Positions 37,148 to 49,962 of a stretch of DNA of 64,000 bases are shown in pieces (position 1 is the first letter of the stretch; every line of letters starts with the position of its first letter). The stretch covers positions 305,310 through 369,309 of the forward strand of contig CAJFCJ010000005.1 in assembly GCA_904063045.1 (NCBI GenBank). Reading direction: 5' to 3'. Origin of the DNA: Dimorphilus gyrociliatus (lineage: Eukaryota > Animalia > Annelida). The translations under genes were made by a program, and so were the position numbers. The notes under the pieces are model-generated. The model worked only from the letters and a program-made list of their open reading frames with translations, was not told the DNA's origin and made no database searches.

Positions 37148-39426
37148 CATAATTGATTATAATACGTTTATCTTCTACTTGATATCATCAGATTGTAATT
37201 TGTGTTTCTTATTTTTCTATAGAGTTTATAATTTTCTAGGTCAATTATTATAAATAAATAATTTTTATATTAAGTGATAGTTTGATTGTTTCAATATGGA
37301 AGAGAGTACTTATCTAAAAATAGTACTGTTTCACAATCCACTCTCTGATCTCAGCCAATTGATGTGCGTGTTATGTTCAAACAGTATACGGAACAATGTT
37401 CTAAATGATCTTCTGTCGTCTGCCAGTACATTGATCAGACACTGAAGATTGTATCATTATGGTCAACGGTAATGTATAGTATAAACGTTGTAAATTACAT
37501 GTTATATACAGTATATGGTTATGTATTAGCCCGAGTTCACGATCGCCTACTATATAAATACAGTACAATCATAGAAATTAACCTCTAAATGCTATGAATA
37601 GAAATTTTAGTAATATTCTATTATTATCAAACTGTCTATCTTAGTGTTCTATTAAACAATAAGATAAAAAGTTATTGAATATTTTTAATGAAACTCGTAA
37701 ATGGTAATGAAAAAGATAGAAATAAATAGCAATTGTAGTTTACATAAAAATGAAATATACTATATTTACAGTTTATAGATATTTTTAATAATTTAGATGT
37801 CTACTCGAGATAAACTTACTGTTATTAAAGAATTGTTTAGATCATTTTTGAACCAATAAGGACAGTTTGGTTGATTATTTCATTATTTATATTGAAAGGA
37901 AAAAGTCTCAATAAACAATATTTAAACTATAATTTAAAAAAATCTGTTATGTTCAAGTTCTATTTGCAGCGATAATCACGTTATTTGATGTATTACTGAA
38001 TATTTTTTTTTACAGTAAAATGTCTGAATGATGTATGGAAAATTTAAAGAAATAAGAAGGCCCAAGTTTTATTAGCAATAAAAACATTTAAAAACTGATT
38101 TTCAATATTTATGTTATTGATAATTGGTAGTGCAATATTAGCATTAACAGGTGAATGACCGACATATTCTTGAATTTGCATTACAAGAGTGTGGCTCCTC
38201 ACATCAGCTGCAATGAAATAGTTTCCTTCTACTATTGGATTGTATAAAGACGGGACTATGCCTTGATTAAAGGTAAGTATTTTACGTGAATACATTCAAA
38301 CATAATAACTGTTATATAATTTTTATAAGACGTTTCTTCTTTGGATGACAAAGTCTATTTCAACGGAAGTGTTGACGATATATAAAGGGTATTATACATA
38401 TTATATGATATTAAGCATCATTTCACTAAAAGTAGCCGTCTTTATTGTAAATAATAAAATTTGCTGGCAGCTAGCATACGCAACTAAAAATGTATGGAAC
38501 TGTGATGAAAAATAACGTCATTTTTTGTTTGCTTCAATTCATTTTCCTACGAATACCTTCATTATCACTGAATTTTTTTTAACCTATCAATATAATGATT
38601 AATCTTTAACCTACGTATACATTGCTTTCCCTTTGTACTATAAATAAAGATACAAGGATTGAAGTATAATGTCGTATATTAATAATTTTAGAAATAGACC
38701 AATATAACTTTAAGAATTTTGAACGATATATTTTTAAATAGTAAATAGTTGCAATCTTGTTGACAACATGAGTGTAAATATGGAATTGATAATCATTAAT
38801 CATTTACAATGAATTGTTTGTATTACAAAAATAAAAATTATATTTAAAGCTCTAACGACGTATTTCTGAATGTTTACTGATAAATCAGACAGATAGTAAT
38901 GTCGCTTCTCTGAAATATAGAATATTCTATTTAATGTTAATGAGATTAACATCTAATACTAAATTTTCTTAACGGTACGTATCTTTTGTTTTAAAGAGAT
39001 TAATAAGTGTTCAATTCCGCGATTATGATATATTAGTAATTAGACTTTCAATAATTGCATACACATTTACAATAACTTATTTTAATGATACTAATTATGC
39101 GATAAAAACTAATTAATATCTCTCAGATGAATCCGTGTTCACTTGAATTGCGCTTGAACAATAGTTCACCAGGAAAGATGTAAGAATTGTTAAGCTTTAC
39201 ATATAGACTGTAGAGAGAAAGTTATTCGATCAACCCCCAATTAGATTTCTCCACTAAAATTGATAGATTGATCATCGACCTATTTAATTATTATTTAAAA
39301 TTCAATTTCTTTATGATTACTCTTTATTGGACAATTATTGAATTTAATAAGAGTGCAAAATCATGTGACACATTTCGACAATTTTTGAGATTACTATATA
39401 ATTGTTTAGTGAAGCTTCTGATTAAT

Positions 39427-40701
39427 TTAACAATAATCATCTTGCGTTGGTGCAGAGCATGTTTTATAATGAAAAATAGAAGTTGGACTGGTAATTAGCA
39501 TGTCATCAAAAATATGACCAAAATGTAAAATTGACTTGTTAGCTGTAACTGAAATACCAGAGCAATTTTGTAAACTTTGACATAATTTCAAACATTGAAT
39601 TGAAAGTTGACAATCTTGATCAAATGTATCTTTTTTCATTTCTATTGAGGATAGAGAATAGAAAGGAGTTTCGACAATAGCCGGTTGTCCAATTATATAT
39701 ATATTAGTAAAAGTGAATTGAAAAGGTGACTTGACTATAAGATATCGTCCAATAGTAGTTCTCTTACAAGTTATAGTAAAATAATATCTGTCGTCTTTAA
39801 TCGTAAAAGTATCAGTATCTGAAGAACTGAGATGATTGCATAGCGTTGTTCTTAATCGTTCAGAGTATCCATGACCCAAATGAAACGAAATCTTTCCGTT
39901 GACATTTGGTTGTACATCCGTTGTAACTAATATCTTTTCGACATTTGAGCATGTTTTCAATTGAAGTTTGAATACACTCAAATACAAATTAATAGGAATT
40001 GAAGTTGTAAGCGTTGGTTGCGGATAACTGATAAATGTAGCTAAGTATTTTACCGTTGCTTTAAATTATTGATATTATTAGTTAATTTATATATTCTGCA
40101 TCTTATTTGAAGGTTTATACCTATCTTAAGAAGATCTTTTACAACACCAGCAATAAGGAGATAAAATCTGGTCGGAGTTGTAGTATCAAAAGCAATTGTA
40201 TCTCCAAGTGAAGAGCAGCAGTTGTGTTTTAATCGAGAATGGAATGGATATTCGCTAGTTTGATCTTTCAATTCAGAAATACATCTTACATTGCTGTCAG
40301 GAGGACTAGACTTTCTAGTATGGATACCAATCACATCGAATTTTTTAACGAGAAAAGGTTCTTCTAATTCTACCATTTGTACTTGATGAAGTGGTCCTTG
40401 AGGGACGTTTGTTTCGTGGACTAATGTATAAGTTAAATCACTAACTGGTCTCCAAATTGCTACATTTTAAACGAAATTATTAAGGGCGAAAGTACGAAAA
40501 TATCAACGCAAGACACACACCTATATAACAAAGGTAATTATTCTCTCTGGCATAACTGTATTGAAACAAGTATCCATCTTCTTGTATATATTGGGTTGGA
40601 GCGATAATTATAGTTAAGGAACCTCCATTATAGGTTTCTTTCGATACCGCATTTGCCAATTCTACATCCGGTGGATAAAATCTCAGCGAAGTAACAAACA
40701 A
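39427..40701 (-). CDS. Multi-exon protein with F5-8/FTP-like and C-terminal PAN/apple-like segments; 5' end unresolved (probably further right)
   Basis: TITCKRTTIGRYLIVKSPFQFTFTNIYIIG (FTP-like C-half), then QCLKLCQSLQNCSGISV (PAN-like); collinear ORFs 40050-40376 and 40480-40701. Confidence 0.55.
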
Positions 40702-41913
40702 AATTGAAAAATCTAAAGTAGAGAATTAATTATTAATAATTAATTAGGTTAATATAAATAATAATCACGCTAACCTTGAATGAAAAAACTGAACAAACTA
40801 TAAATGACATTCATTTAAATAAGTTTATTAGAGTTTTAAAAACTTCCAAGTAATTTCCTTTGAATTTCTTAATAAAAACTAAATTCTAACCTTTCGTAAG
40901 AATAACAAAATTCTCCTTTTATTCCTCCTACAGATAGAATATACGTATTGTGGTTTCTGCGAATGATAATAAGGAAAATGGACGAACTTTGTTAATCTGT
41001 AAAGTCTTTATAATTTTTTTACAAATTATGATATTTAATATAAAAAACCTTGGATAACAAGTTATTATTTTGTTGTATAGACAATCAGAGTAAAAATACG
41101 AACATAGTTTCTCTCCTTCCCAATAATCATTATCTTTCTTTTTTTATATATTCTTACGTCTTATACAATCGATGACTGATGACAGTAATTTGGAATTTGT
41201 AATCTAATAACGTTTTCAAATATTTCGCTGATTTCCCATTCAATTATCGATATTTTATGGTTATAGAAATTTTAATTAGTTTTTTCTAGGTTATAGTTAG
41301 ATATATGAAATAAATATTTCAATTAGAACGGTTTAATATGGGAATAACGTTCTATTTCTAATAAACAATTCATTTTTGAAAAGTTTTAACTGTATGCATA
41401 AGGAAACTAGTATTCTTTTAGACTATTTCATTAATTTATAATAATAACAGATATCTCTTATCTATTCTATTCGCGTCTATTCAAACTTTTTACGTAGTTT
41501 AAATAGCAATTATTCTACTCTCCAGTCCTTTTTCGTCGATAATCGAAAAGAGTTCAATATACTACTACAACGTCCAGAATGTATCGATATTTTATTGGCT
41601 TGTTTGTTATTATTATTATCGACAAATAAATGATATTTTCAATTTATATTTTATATAAAATTACTTTTTTAATTCTTATCTTTAATTAAAAGCTAAAGTT
41701 GAATTAAAATAAAAACTATATTTCACAAGAAATCGAAACCGATTCCAAATTTTACAATATCCATATCCGTGACAATTCTTCGAAGTATCTGGTGAATGAA
41801 GAATGTAATTTGTAGTGAAATAGTGAAGTTTTTAACTATTATAGTTTAATGTATAGGAAATAGTAGATGATCAATGAAAGAATAGGACTATTTTTTTAAT
41901 TGATTCAACAGTA

Positions 41914-43428
41914 ATGGCTGTTTTTACGTTAAAGAGACTTTCTTTGGAAATAATTTCAAGAAATTTAGGATTATTATCTCAATTTTGCGAAAAGAAATCT
42001 TTAAAAATACCAATGGAATTAAGTAATTTAATCTTTAATTATTCAATAAAAGAAATGGAATATTTAACTGAGAATGAATTGAGATTTTTTAATTCAAAAT
42101 CATCGATATTAACAAGTATTTGTTTATATGGAAAAAGATTAGTAAATATCAAAGATTTCTCCTTTTTAAACAATCATCCAATCAAAATTGTACATTTAAC
42201 AAATTTTCCGGAAGTTAATGAAGTTACTAAATTCATAAATTTAAATATTATTGAAGAAATTACATTTGATAATTGCCAATCAAGTTTTGAAAATGTTTCA
42301 AAGATATTCAACAGTTTACAATCTTTAAAGAAGCTTACTTTAATTAGAAGATCATTCTTACATATTCCATTCAAGTATTTAGGTAAAATGTTACCAAATT
42401 TACAGGAATTAGTCCTATTTGGACAGAGTTACATTTTCTACGATTTAAGAAAGTTATTTCCAAATTTGGTGGCCTATGAGAATATTAATAGTTATAAGCC
42501 TAAGAAGGAGATAAATTCAATAAGAAATTTTAAACATCTAGTAAAAATCGACATTAACTTTTTTGATATTGCAATATCGGATAACCGTCTAAAGGAATAT
42601 TACAGTATATTCTTAGAAATTGATTTATGGCCTGACCTTGAAATTTTCATATTAACTGCAAAGAATGTACAATTAATTGAAATAATCAAGTATATTTTTA
42701 TCATTCAATTGAATTGAATAGTTGTTATTAATATCGATATTTCTTTCTTTCTTTCGTATAGAGTTTTTATTGAAAATCATAAAAAGTTAAAGTTTATTGG
42801 CGTTTTATTCGGAGATTCTAATACAACATCAAACACGATTGATATATCAACATCAGCCACAATGTTCATAGAGAATAATGATGTTTGTTTATAACTTTAT
42901 TGATTAACCTTGACCCCTTTTATTTCTATATTTTAGGATAAAAACTACACAGATATTGGTACTTTATCAAAGATATCAAACTATTTAAAGAATCATAATT
43001 GTGAATATTTTTACAAATGTCTTAAATTTTGTACTATTCAAGAAATTTCAAAAGATGACTGTAGAACAAACAATCATAACATTCAATTAATTTTTAAAGT
43101 AAGTATTTTATAATATTGTAATGAATTTTCTTAATAAATCTTCATTCTTTAGATAATTTGCGATATATTAGAATATCATCAATTGATTGAATTCGAAAGA
43201 GTTAATTTAATAAAGAGCTTTTTCCACTTTCGTCATTGTTTTGGTTTATTGAATAATTTAAAAACTTTTGAATCTGAAATATGGATCTATATCTTATCTT
43301 TTGGATTAAAAGCTCTCAAAGTTCCAGAAATAAACTATACAAGTGATTTGTGTTCGAATATATACTCTATTTTAGATTATCATAAATATTGTTCAAAAAT
43401 GATTATGAACCTTTATAAAAGTCGTTAA
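41914..43428 (+). CDS. ZYG11/ZER1-like LRR protein, paralog 4
   Basis: FTLKRLSLEIISRN…IPMELSNLI; FFNSKSSILTSICL (similar to the ZER1/ZYG11 N-terminal region); exon 2 RVFIENHKKLK. 3' end approximate. Confidence 0.7.
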
Positions 43429-43478
43429 ATTAATAAAATAGTTAAGTTTATTTTCTTAAAAATTACATCTTATACTTT

Positions 43479-44555
43479 TTAACATCTCACTGGTCTTGTG
43501 CTGAAATTTGGCCAACCTTGGATAACGCTGTAAAGGTATCTTCCTGGACAGGATGTAGACATTGCGTCTCTGTGGCCAAATAGCTCGTAACCGCTAGATA
43601 GAATACCTCTGCTTACGGCACATCTAGCTAAGTTTTGTATAGCAGTAAGAATAATTTGAGGAGGAGAAGAGGTTTCGAAATTTCCCATCGCTGAAAAAGC
43701 TATAGATCTTCTATTATGACAGCCGGTATGAGCGCCAACAGTAGACCAGCCTCTTCCCTCGTATGCTCTACCGTCACCGCCAATAAGGAAGTTGTAACCA
43801 ATATCATTCCACCTGTTAGAATCCATATGATAATTTTGTATAGCTCTAGTTCTAGCGCTGCAAGTTGATTGAGAAGAACAGGTAGCTCCAGCGGTATGAT
43901 GAACAAACAACATAGAAACTGGAGTCACTAAATTTGTTCTACTTCTTGGAGGTCTTGCCTGCCATTGACTTCTGGTAACAATTTGAATAGCACTGCAAGA
44001 TTTAGCTGCAACAAATTAAAAATTGAAGATTTAACTGTACTTGTAAATTATTAAATTATACCTAAATCTTCATAAGTTTCTTTAGTATTTTCTGCAATTA
44101 ATAATTAAGATTATGTAATAACAACTTTATTTCGTATGATTCAAACGTTTAAATAACTTACGACATTTGTATTCTGGAGCTACAATCAACGAATCGGCGT
44201 CAATCCAAAGATCAAGACCAGGGGAATATTCAATGCTTTGAAATTCTTTGTTATTTTCTAAATAGAAAAAAGAGACAATAAATAATTATGCTTTATCTTA
44301 TAAAACATTCAAAATAACCGTTTAATTTACAGGTTTCTTTCGTTTCGGTTGAAGGGAAACAAGTTTCTTCAGGTATTGACGTAATTGTGAATCCGCAAGC
44401 TTAAGTTGAATAAACATTGAAGATTTTTAATAGCAAATAGTAAAAAATATCTTACGAGTTTGCTTAGCAAGAACATTGCTCTTTACAGTACAAAAGCAAC
44501 GAGCTTCTGCTCCTTGAAAAATTGCTAAAACAACAATTAAGGTGAAAATAACCAT
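43479..44555 (-). CDS. PGRP: Peptidoglycan recognition protein (amidase-type) with signal peptide and N-terminal SH3b-like module
   Basis: IVTRSQWQARPP; FVHHT; WNDIGYNFLIGGDGRAYEGRGW; GAHT; GHRD; TSCPG. Zn/catalytic His, Tyr, His and Cys are all present. ATG at 44555; upstream exons join through ~55-60-nt introns. Confidence 0.95.
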
Positions 44556-45327
44556 TTTTAATATATTAACGGTTACGTAAACGATCTACTACGGTTTTAA
44601 ACTGAACTAGTGTCTTTTGAATAATATATGTTAGTGGTAAGAAGAAAGCATATGATAATTTCTCACGCTTATTATTCTTTATCATATTATCTTCTTGGAA
44701 TTTTCCTTTTTTAAGTTTTTATTCAAACAAAACAACAAATTTTTTTATGAAATTCAATTTATCAAGCCGAAAACATGATTGACAATTATTTAAAGTTTAC
44801 TTGAAATTCCTAACCAAAATGGTTATTAGCATAAACATTTCTAACAATCTCTCTATAGTCTTTTAGTATATAAATATAACAATATTACGTATTAGTATGT
44901 AGTAGAGCAGGGAGAGGAACGCGTATACAAATACCTTAAATTCCTTTAATTGTATCTGTGTTTTTTTCTTCTTTTTAAAGTAGGCTATCTAGGCAGGAAA
45001 ACAACACAATGTCACTTTATCAACTAGAATATAGCTTAATTTAGTAATTATAATCCTATGAAAAGTTAGTTAGAAAGTTTTAGATAAAGATTATTAAAAC
45101 GTAATTTTTAAAATATAGATGGCGCTTATTAATATAGAAAATAGAAAAATAACACTCTTCGTATCATTTTCAACTATGATATTTATTTGGAAAAGTAACT
45201 TTATCTGTTGTCTGCGTAATATTCAAGATAATTGATATTTTTATAGATGTATTTACTTGACTTTGCCTTAAAAGTACCAGATGTCCAGTTGAACAATACT
45301 TCATAAAACGTCCGCAAATCAATAGTT

Positions 45328-45348
45328 TAACCCTAACCCTAACCCTAA
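45328..45348 (-). repeat. Short interstitial telomere-type repeat (TTAGGG)3.5
   Basis: TAACCCTAACCCTAACCCTAA on the + strand. Confidence 0.8.
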
Positions 45349-45873
45349 GACGAAGTCTTTCTAAGTACAAATTAGTTGTTGTCCTTTGCTTTTTGACCAT
45401 TTGCGGACATTTTCTGTCAACTTCGGGTTTGAAAATACTAACGTAAGCAAGAAAAATATAGACTTTCTTTTACCTGTAAACTGGAATGAAATAAATCTCC
45501 GGTGATTATATTAAGCATGTATTATACTATATAATGATTACATCCTCTCCCCACTGCAATTATCAGTGATACTTGTCAATTTCCCTACTATATTTAGTTA
45601 AGCCCTACTTTTTTAAATTAATACTGCATCATTGTCTCAGAAAAGAACTAATTAAAAGTAAGACAGCTTTTGATTTTAAGTAAATAATTTGTCTATTCTA
45701 ACTATATTAAATACAAAAAGTCTCTTGTTAAGTTTATCTTCATAATGTCAGTTGTAGTATGAAATTTTTAAAAAATCGTTACTAATAGAATTAATTATAA
45801 AAATTATAGATGGCGCTTTACTAATAGTTTGTATTTATTTGCAGAAAAATTTTAAACATCCGTCATCTGCTAC

Positions 45874-46853
45874 ATGTCTAAAAGGAAGAGAATTTTAACA
45901 CTGGAAAAGATTGTATTAAAACAAATAATAAAGGATTTCGAACAAGTTTCTCAAGTATGGGTTAATTCTGGAATATGCCTTCCCTTTAGATTTTCTGATA
46001 GGATCTTTAAGAAATTACACAAGAAATACGAATTATCGAAATATGCGCAATTCTTTAATTATAAATACGCAAGATTGAATGATGTAACAATTTTTGGAAC
46101 TGAAATAAAAAGATCTTCGTTACTATCATTTCTGAAAAATCATCAAATTAAATCAATTAAAATTCTTGGAATTCATACAGAAATATTACTTGATCTATTT
46201 AAATACTTGAATGAAAATCATCTACAAGAATTGAAAATATGTAGGACGAAAATCGTTTCCTACTTTTACTGGGATAGGACTATTTTGGAGAGAGTTTTCA
46301 ACAATTTTACCTTTGATAACTTATTAAAATTGAGTTTTAAACATACTTATCTGAATAATCAAGGATTTGATTATATTTGTTATAAATTCTCAAATATTCA
46401 TGATTTAAATATATCGGGAACAAAAGTAACAGATATAAGTCCAATAGTAAATTTAAGAAATCTTCGAATATTCAAATTTAATGATATTAAGGCAAAATAT
46501 GTTAAAATTGATTTTAACTGCTTGAAAAAGTTACCTCATCTACAAGAAATATACATTCTATATCGGCTCGATCATTGTATTCCTCCTTTTCTTACTCAAA
46601 TCAATTTATTAGAAAATGGCTTTTGGGAAGATCTCAGATATATTTCATTATTTACAGGTGGTCAAGAGACGGAAGAAATCTTAAGGTAACATCTCAATCA
46701 CTTTCAAAGAGAATCTATTAATCCTTTTACTTATACAATAGAAGCTTTATAAGAAGGCATTTAAAGTTGAAAGTTGTTAAACTTCACTGTACAAAGAATG
46801 GATTTAATATACCTAATTACAGTCATATTTCTCAGAATATACTCACAATCTAA
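45874..46853 (+). CDS. ZYG11/ZER1-like LRR protein, paralog 5; apparently C-terminally truncated (possible pseudogene)
   Basis: ILTLEKIVLKQI…LPFRFSDRI; LRR LLKLSFKHTYLNNQGFDYICYKFSNIHDLNISGT. Exon 2 RSFIRRHLKLK reaches a stop after ~37 codons, and retrotransposon sequence follows where the other paralogs have more exons. Confidence 0.6.
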
Positions 46854-46999
46854 TAGACTACAGTATAATGAAGTGTTCATTTTTTTAGGTTAACATTTAT
46901 AAGCCTTTCTTTTTAATACAATCGAAGATGAATGTTTTCATGAGAGAATTATTTCTAGCGTTTTTAACTAAGTGAAAATATCACGACGACGAAACAATT

Positions 47000-48450
47000 C
47001 GTACACCGGAAGTAAATAAAAGAATTTTGAAACGTAAAAGTTTCGTCAACCAGTCTGCGGGGTTACATGATACCATTAATCAGGGCTTGTATACTGTCTT
47101 ATTTCTGTTATTCTTGCTCTTGCATATTTCTCCATCTGCACCTCCTTATGTTTGTTATACTTCAGGACCACCTCTGAATCAGTCAGGAATACTGCCCACT
47201 GTCTCGCCACTCCCTGGCTCACTTCCAGCGCCAACCTTACTCCCATTAAGGTGCCGCGAGTTCGCGCCTGGGATTTATTTTCTATGGCTGACGAGTAATG
47301 CCTTTGCTCTTACTACCCTCTGCTTTCCTGCCTCGTAGGCGTATATAACAGCTCCAATCACCTCATCTGATAAATAAATGTGGTATTTTTTGACCTTACC
47401 CACATAGTGTTCTTGGGACATCTCATTTGGAAGTCTTTTTACCGTCCTATTCCATTCTTCCCTTTGTTATTCTGGTAACTTCTCCCTCCAGTGTGTCATG
47501 CCCTTGCTCAACTTTGAGAAAATCGCTCGAAATTTAGCCACTACGATGTGAACCAAACCTAAAGGATCATAGATCTTTGCTATTACCCCCAGCATTTCCC
47601 TCCATGTTTCCTTTGGTCCTAGCGCCAAGTTTTCTAGGCTCCATCGGAGTGTGTCGTTCTGTTTGTCATACTGAATTTCTAGCACGCTATTAGGGTGCTC
47701 ACTTGGCTCTCTGTGAGTATTCCATGAATACTTCGATACCAGTTTTACAGCGATAATCACGTTTGATGAAATGAACAATATCTGAAAAGATATTGTATCT
47801 ACAAGGCAAAATATCGCACTACACGACATTTTTTCTATCGGCTATTATGCTATCTGTATAGGTTAAAAAGAACTTATTTTATAATGATAAGTGTTTGACT
47901 GCATCCAACGGTCTATAGTTTAGCCTTAATGTAACGAGTAAGAATTTACTATTTTATCAATTAGTCATACAATCAAGCTGGAATTTCCGTCAGTGAAAAT
48001 AAAATACTCTATCTTTTTCATAGGCTTAGCTGACTGTGACTATCATCTCGTCGCTTCCACCGGCATAAATCCTGTAACTTAAGACTTAATCTAAAGAGTC
48101 GTAGATCCTCGCGACTATATCCTGCGCCTCCCGATACAGACTTCCTTCTATTAGAATCAGATAATTCAGTCTTCATTTTATCTTGTCCTTGACCATGTCG
48201 TAGCTAGAAGAATTCTCCTCATCATTAGTCGTGCAAGCCGACTGTTCCGTGAAGGGTTGCCGAAGCGTCGCAAAGGACTGCTTTTGTCACCAAAAACATG
48301 CCTGGTTAACGTATTCGACTATATTCCTGTTGGTCTTCGATTGACCTTTCCGCCAATATAGCAAGCCGAAATAGCAGAGATTGTTGTGTTCCATATTTCG
48401 GCCGGTGGAGTACGGCTTTTATGTTGCCCGTGCGATGTAGACCAATTGTC
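47000..48450 (-). mobile_element. Degenerate BEL/Pao LTR-retrotransposon remnant (pol RT-end/RNase H region); boundaries approximate, LTRs not identified
   Basis: TWREMLGVIAKIYDPLGLVHIVVAKFR…THWREKLPE matches the Pao TKRxxLSxxxxxYDPLG…WDExLP motif. SCNPADWLTK near 47040-47070 matches the NPAD motif. Stops lie between the pieces, and GC is higher than in the flanks. Confidence 0.75.
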
Positions 48451-48993
48451 TATTATTCTTTTTTTTGACAATTTTTCATTGTTTCATTTGGAAATTGTAA
48501 TTACCGCGGATGAGAATCTACAAAAGTCCTCAATTCCCCCATTGTATTTCAATGCACTATATACAGTAAGACTTTAAAATAATCATCCAACAAATATCAT
48601 TAATATACAACGGAGAATAGAATTCTAACATATTGCAGAATATTGATAAGAGATTGTTTCATCCGACGATACGGTGCGTATAATTTAAAAATATCATAAT
48701 AATAAAAAAAGATTAAATGATAGAATATGCTATTATCCTTCAATTGGAGCAAATAGTATTTTTTATCCCCCCCTCCCGTATAACAGTTTTTTAGAGCGTT
48801 TTATCTATTTATGATATCATGATTGATATTATGCGCTCTTGAAAATGACCTAATTACAATTGTAAAATTATTAAACCAAGTATAGAAATGTGTTACATAA
48901 AAAAATGGCAATGAAGATTATATCTACATATGCGCTTATATAGTTATAACAATCTCTTTTCCAGTTGATACTTATTCAAGTTACGTTGAAAAA

Positions 48994-49962
48994 ATGAAAC
49001 GAGCTCTTAACGCTATTGTTTATGTATTTCTCTTTTCTATTCTTCATAAAGAAATTGGTAATTTACATATCAATTGTTGATATTGTTGAAAAGCATCTTT
49101 TTATAATTTTTTTTAGACTGCGAAACAAGATTCGGCTATGAACAGATAGATAATCTAGCTATTGAACAATCTGTATTTACTTATGAAGCTGAAAATGGAC
49201 TTGAATCCTGCTTTCAGAAATGTTCATATATCTATAATTGCTATGCATTTGCAATGGTAGATGATGATTGTTATGGATATGACAAAAGCAATTTGGCCTT
49301 TGTTGAAGAAGATGATGATTCTACTCTGTACATCAGAGATTCAAAATGTAAATTCGTTATAATAATAACAATTCATGTTTCAAAATTCTCTTATTTGTTT
49401 CAATTTACTTAATAGATATTGCTGAAGGATACTTTGCAATAGATCAGAAAGCATCAGCAGGAAATGATATAAAAATTCTTACTGACACATCATTATCTAT
49501 ATGCGTAAGGGAATGTAATAAAACTATAAGTTGTAAAGCATTGGCGTACAACTTTGAAAAGAACAATTGTTGGTTAAAAGATACAGTTAGAAAGGAAGAA
49601 GACTTTACTATACGGCCTCACTCAGTATTTTATACGAAGGATTTTAGAGGTAGAAAACTCTTTTAATATTACTAAACCTTATTTATTAACCCTTTTTTAT
49701 ATATCTATACTATACGTATATAGCTTTTGTCTCCAAGAAGATATACGATATACATCCTTTTCACACAATGAAAGGAATTATCTACTCTAAGATTCCTAAT
49801 ACACCGGTTTTTGAATGTGCTAATAAGCATTGCTTCGAAAGTGCCGATTGTTTAGGTTTCGTATACTATAAAGGAGGATGTTACCTGTTCAATGAAATTG
49901 TTGCAATTATACCAAGGCAAGATCGTTTCGCCTACACTAAACTAGACACCCAACTTTCTTAA
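48994..49962 (+). CDS. Secreted triple PAN/apple-domain protein; 4 exons
   Basis: Signal exon MKRALNAIVYVFLFSILHKEI; three domain-sized exons: SCFQKCSYIYNCYAFAMVDDDCY; GNDIKILTDTSLSICVRECNKTISCKALAYNFEKNNCWLK; ECANKHCFESADCLGFVYYKGGCYL; stop at 49962. Confidence 0.85.

Noticed and set aside
37300-38800. Short ORFs (38044-38295, 38606-38803) and Cys-containing frames near 37330-37480
   Set aside because: Could be exons of an unmodelled gene, but I could not build a consistent spliced model or recognise a motif.
45170-45400. 76-aa minus ORF with RLRLRVRVRVK
   Set aside because: The distinctive part is just the translated telomeric repeat. No domain or splice support.
47027-47338. Plus-strand Pro-rich 103-aa ORF
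   Set aside because: Lies antisense to the decayed Pao pol sequence, starts at TTG, and has no independent support.
48365-48402. GCCGAAATA…TATTTCGGC inverted repeat resembling a tRNA-Phe acceptor stem or a retrotransposon primer-binding site
   Set aside because: Only a 9-bp stem, with no cloverleaf and no TGG-initiated PBS in the element's orientation. No matching LTR pair found.
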